From contig JBDUCH010000001.1 in NCBI GenBank assembly GCA_040003555.1, positions 1-57,068 on the forward strand: 57,068 nt of DNA. The letters run 5' to 3'. Positions 56,486-57,068 of the stretch are shown here, piece by piece. This DNA comes from Variovorax sp. (GTDB taxonomy: Bacteria > Pseudomonadota > Gammaproteobacteria > Burkholderiales > Burkholderiaceae_C). Position 1 is the stretch's first letter. Each line of letters begins with the position of its first letter. The notes beneath the pieces are model-generated. The model had not been told where the DNA came from. It worked only from the letters and a program-made list of their open reading frames with translations, and did no database searches. A program made the translations under genes and the position numbers.

Positions 56486-57068
56486 ATGCAACGTCGTTTC
56501 ACACTCAAGGCGCTCACCGCCAGCGTCGCGCTCGCCGCCCTCGGTAGCGCACCCGCGTTCGCCGCCGACACCATCAAGGTCGGCGTGCTGCACTCGCTGT
56601 CGGGCACGATGGCGATCTCCGAAACCGTGTTGAAAGACACGGTGCTGATGGCCATCGAGGACATCAACAAGAAGGGCGGCGTGATGGGCAAGCAGCTCGA
56701 GCCCGTGATCGTCGACCCGGCCTCCAACTGGCCGCTGTTCGCCGAGAAGACCAAGCAGCTGCTGGGCCAGGACAAGGTTTCGGTGATTTTCGGCTGCTGG
56801 ACCTCGGTGTCGCGCAAGTCGGTGCTGCCGGTGGTCGAGGAAATGAACGGCCTGCTGTTTTACCCGGTGCAGTACGAAGGTGAAGAGCTCTCCAAGAACG
56901 TGTTCTACACGGGTGCGGCGCCGAACCAGCAAGCGATTCCCGCGGTCGACTACCTGATGAGCAAGGAAGGCGGCGGCGCCAAGCGCTGGGTGCTGCTCGG
57001 CACCGACTACGTCTACCCCCGCACCACCAACAAGATCCTGCGCGCCTACCTGAAGAGCAAGGGCGTGA
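56486..57068 (+). CDS. urtA: Urea ABC transporter substrate-binding protein (truncated by window end)
   Basis: Not in the ORF track because it has no stop in the window. Reads [46 protein letters not shown]...[10 protein letters not shown]...YPVQYEG...GTDYVYPR. Confidence 0.92.
   Translation, partial: MQRRFTLKALTASVALAALGSAPAFAADTIKVGVLHSLSGTMAISETVLKDTVLMAIEDINKKGGVMGKQLEPVIVDPASNWPLFAEKTKQLLGQDKVSVIFGCWTSVSRKSVLPVVEEMNGLLFYPVQYEGEELSKNVFYTGAAPNQQAIPAVDYLMSKEGGGAKRWVLLGTDYVYPRTTNKILRAYLKSKGV

Noticed and set aside
1-57068. CRISPR arrays, tRNA/rRNA, transposases, integrases, att sites and anti-phage genes
   Set aside because: None were recognised by eye. The accessory nature of 1-44.5 kb is inferred only from gene content and junction scars.

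Overview
GC-rich betaproteobacterial DNA, probably Comamonadaceae/Variovorax-like (inferred from gene content and intergenic repeats). It reads as a mosaic of five blocks. (1) 0.1-8.4 kb, metal resistance: a His-tailed DMT transporter, an alpha/beta-hydrolase remnant and a cusCBA-cusF-like Cu/Ag efflux operon. (2) 8.7-29.1 kb, a dense cyclic-nucleotide signalling cluster: six GGDEF proteins (three with EAL), two transporter-less periplasmic binding proteins each translationally coupled to a membrane GGDEF-EAL sensor, an orphan NarL-type regulator, an orphan MshEN-bearing PilB/GspE ATPase and a degenerate class III cyclase-FHA protein. (3) 29.1-40.5 kb, a divergent TetR-associated acyl-CoA catabolic cluster containing an unusual fusion of an AMP-forming ligase with an ADP-forming ligase alpha module. 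(4) 40.6-44.5 kb, an OmpR/EnvZ-type pair with DUF2147 and DipZ-like genes. (5) 44.7-57.1 kb, core-like genes: HK/RR, trpS, S2P protease, yciO, DMT, PHP phosphatase, CorA/ZntB, pit, ppk2, an esterase and a truncated urtA. No rRNA, tRNA, CRISPR array, transposase or integrase was recognised. The best candidate for an undescribed system is block 2. All calls come from reading motifs by eye; no searches were run.
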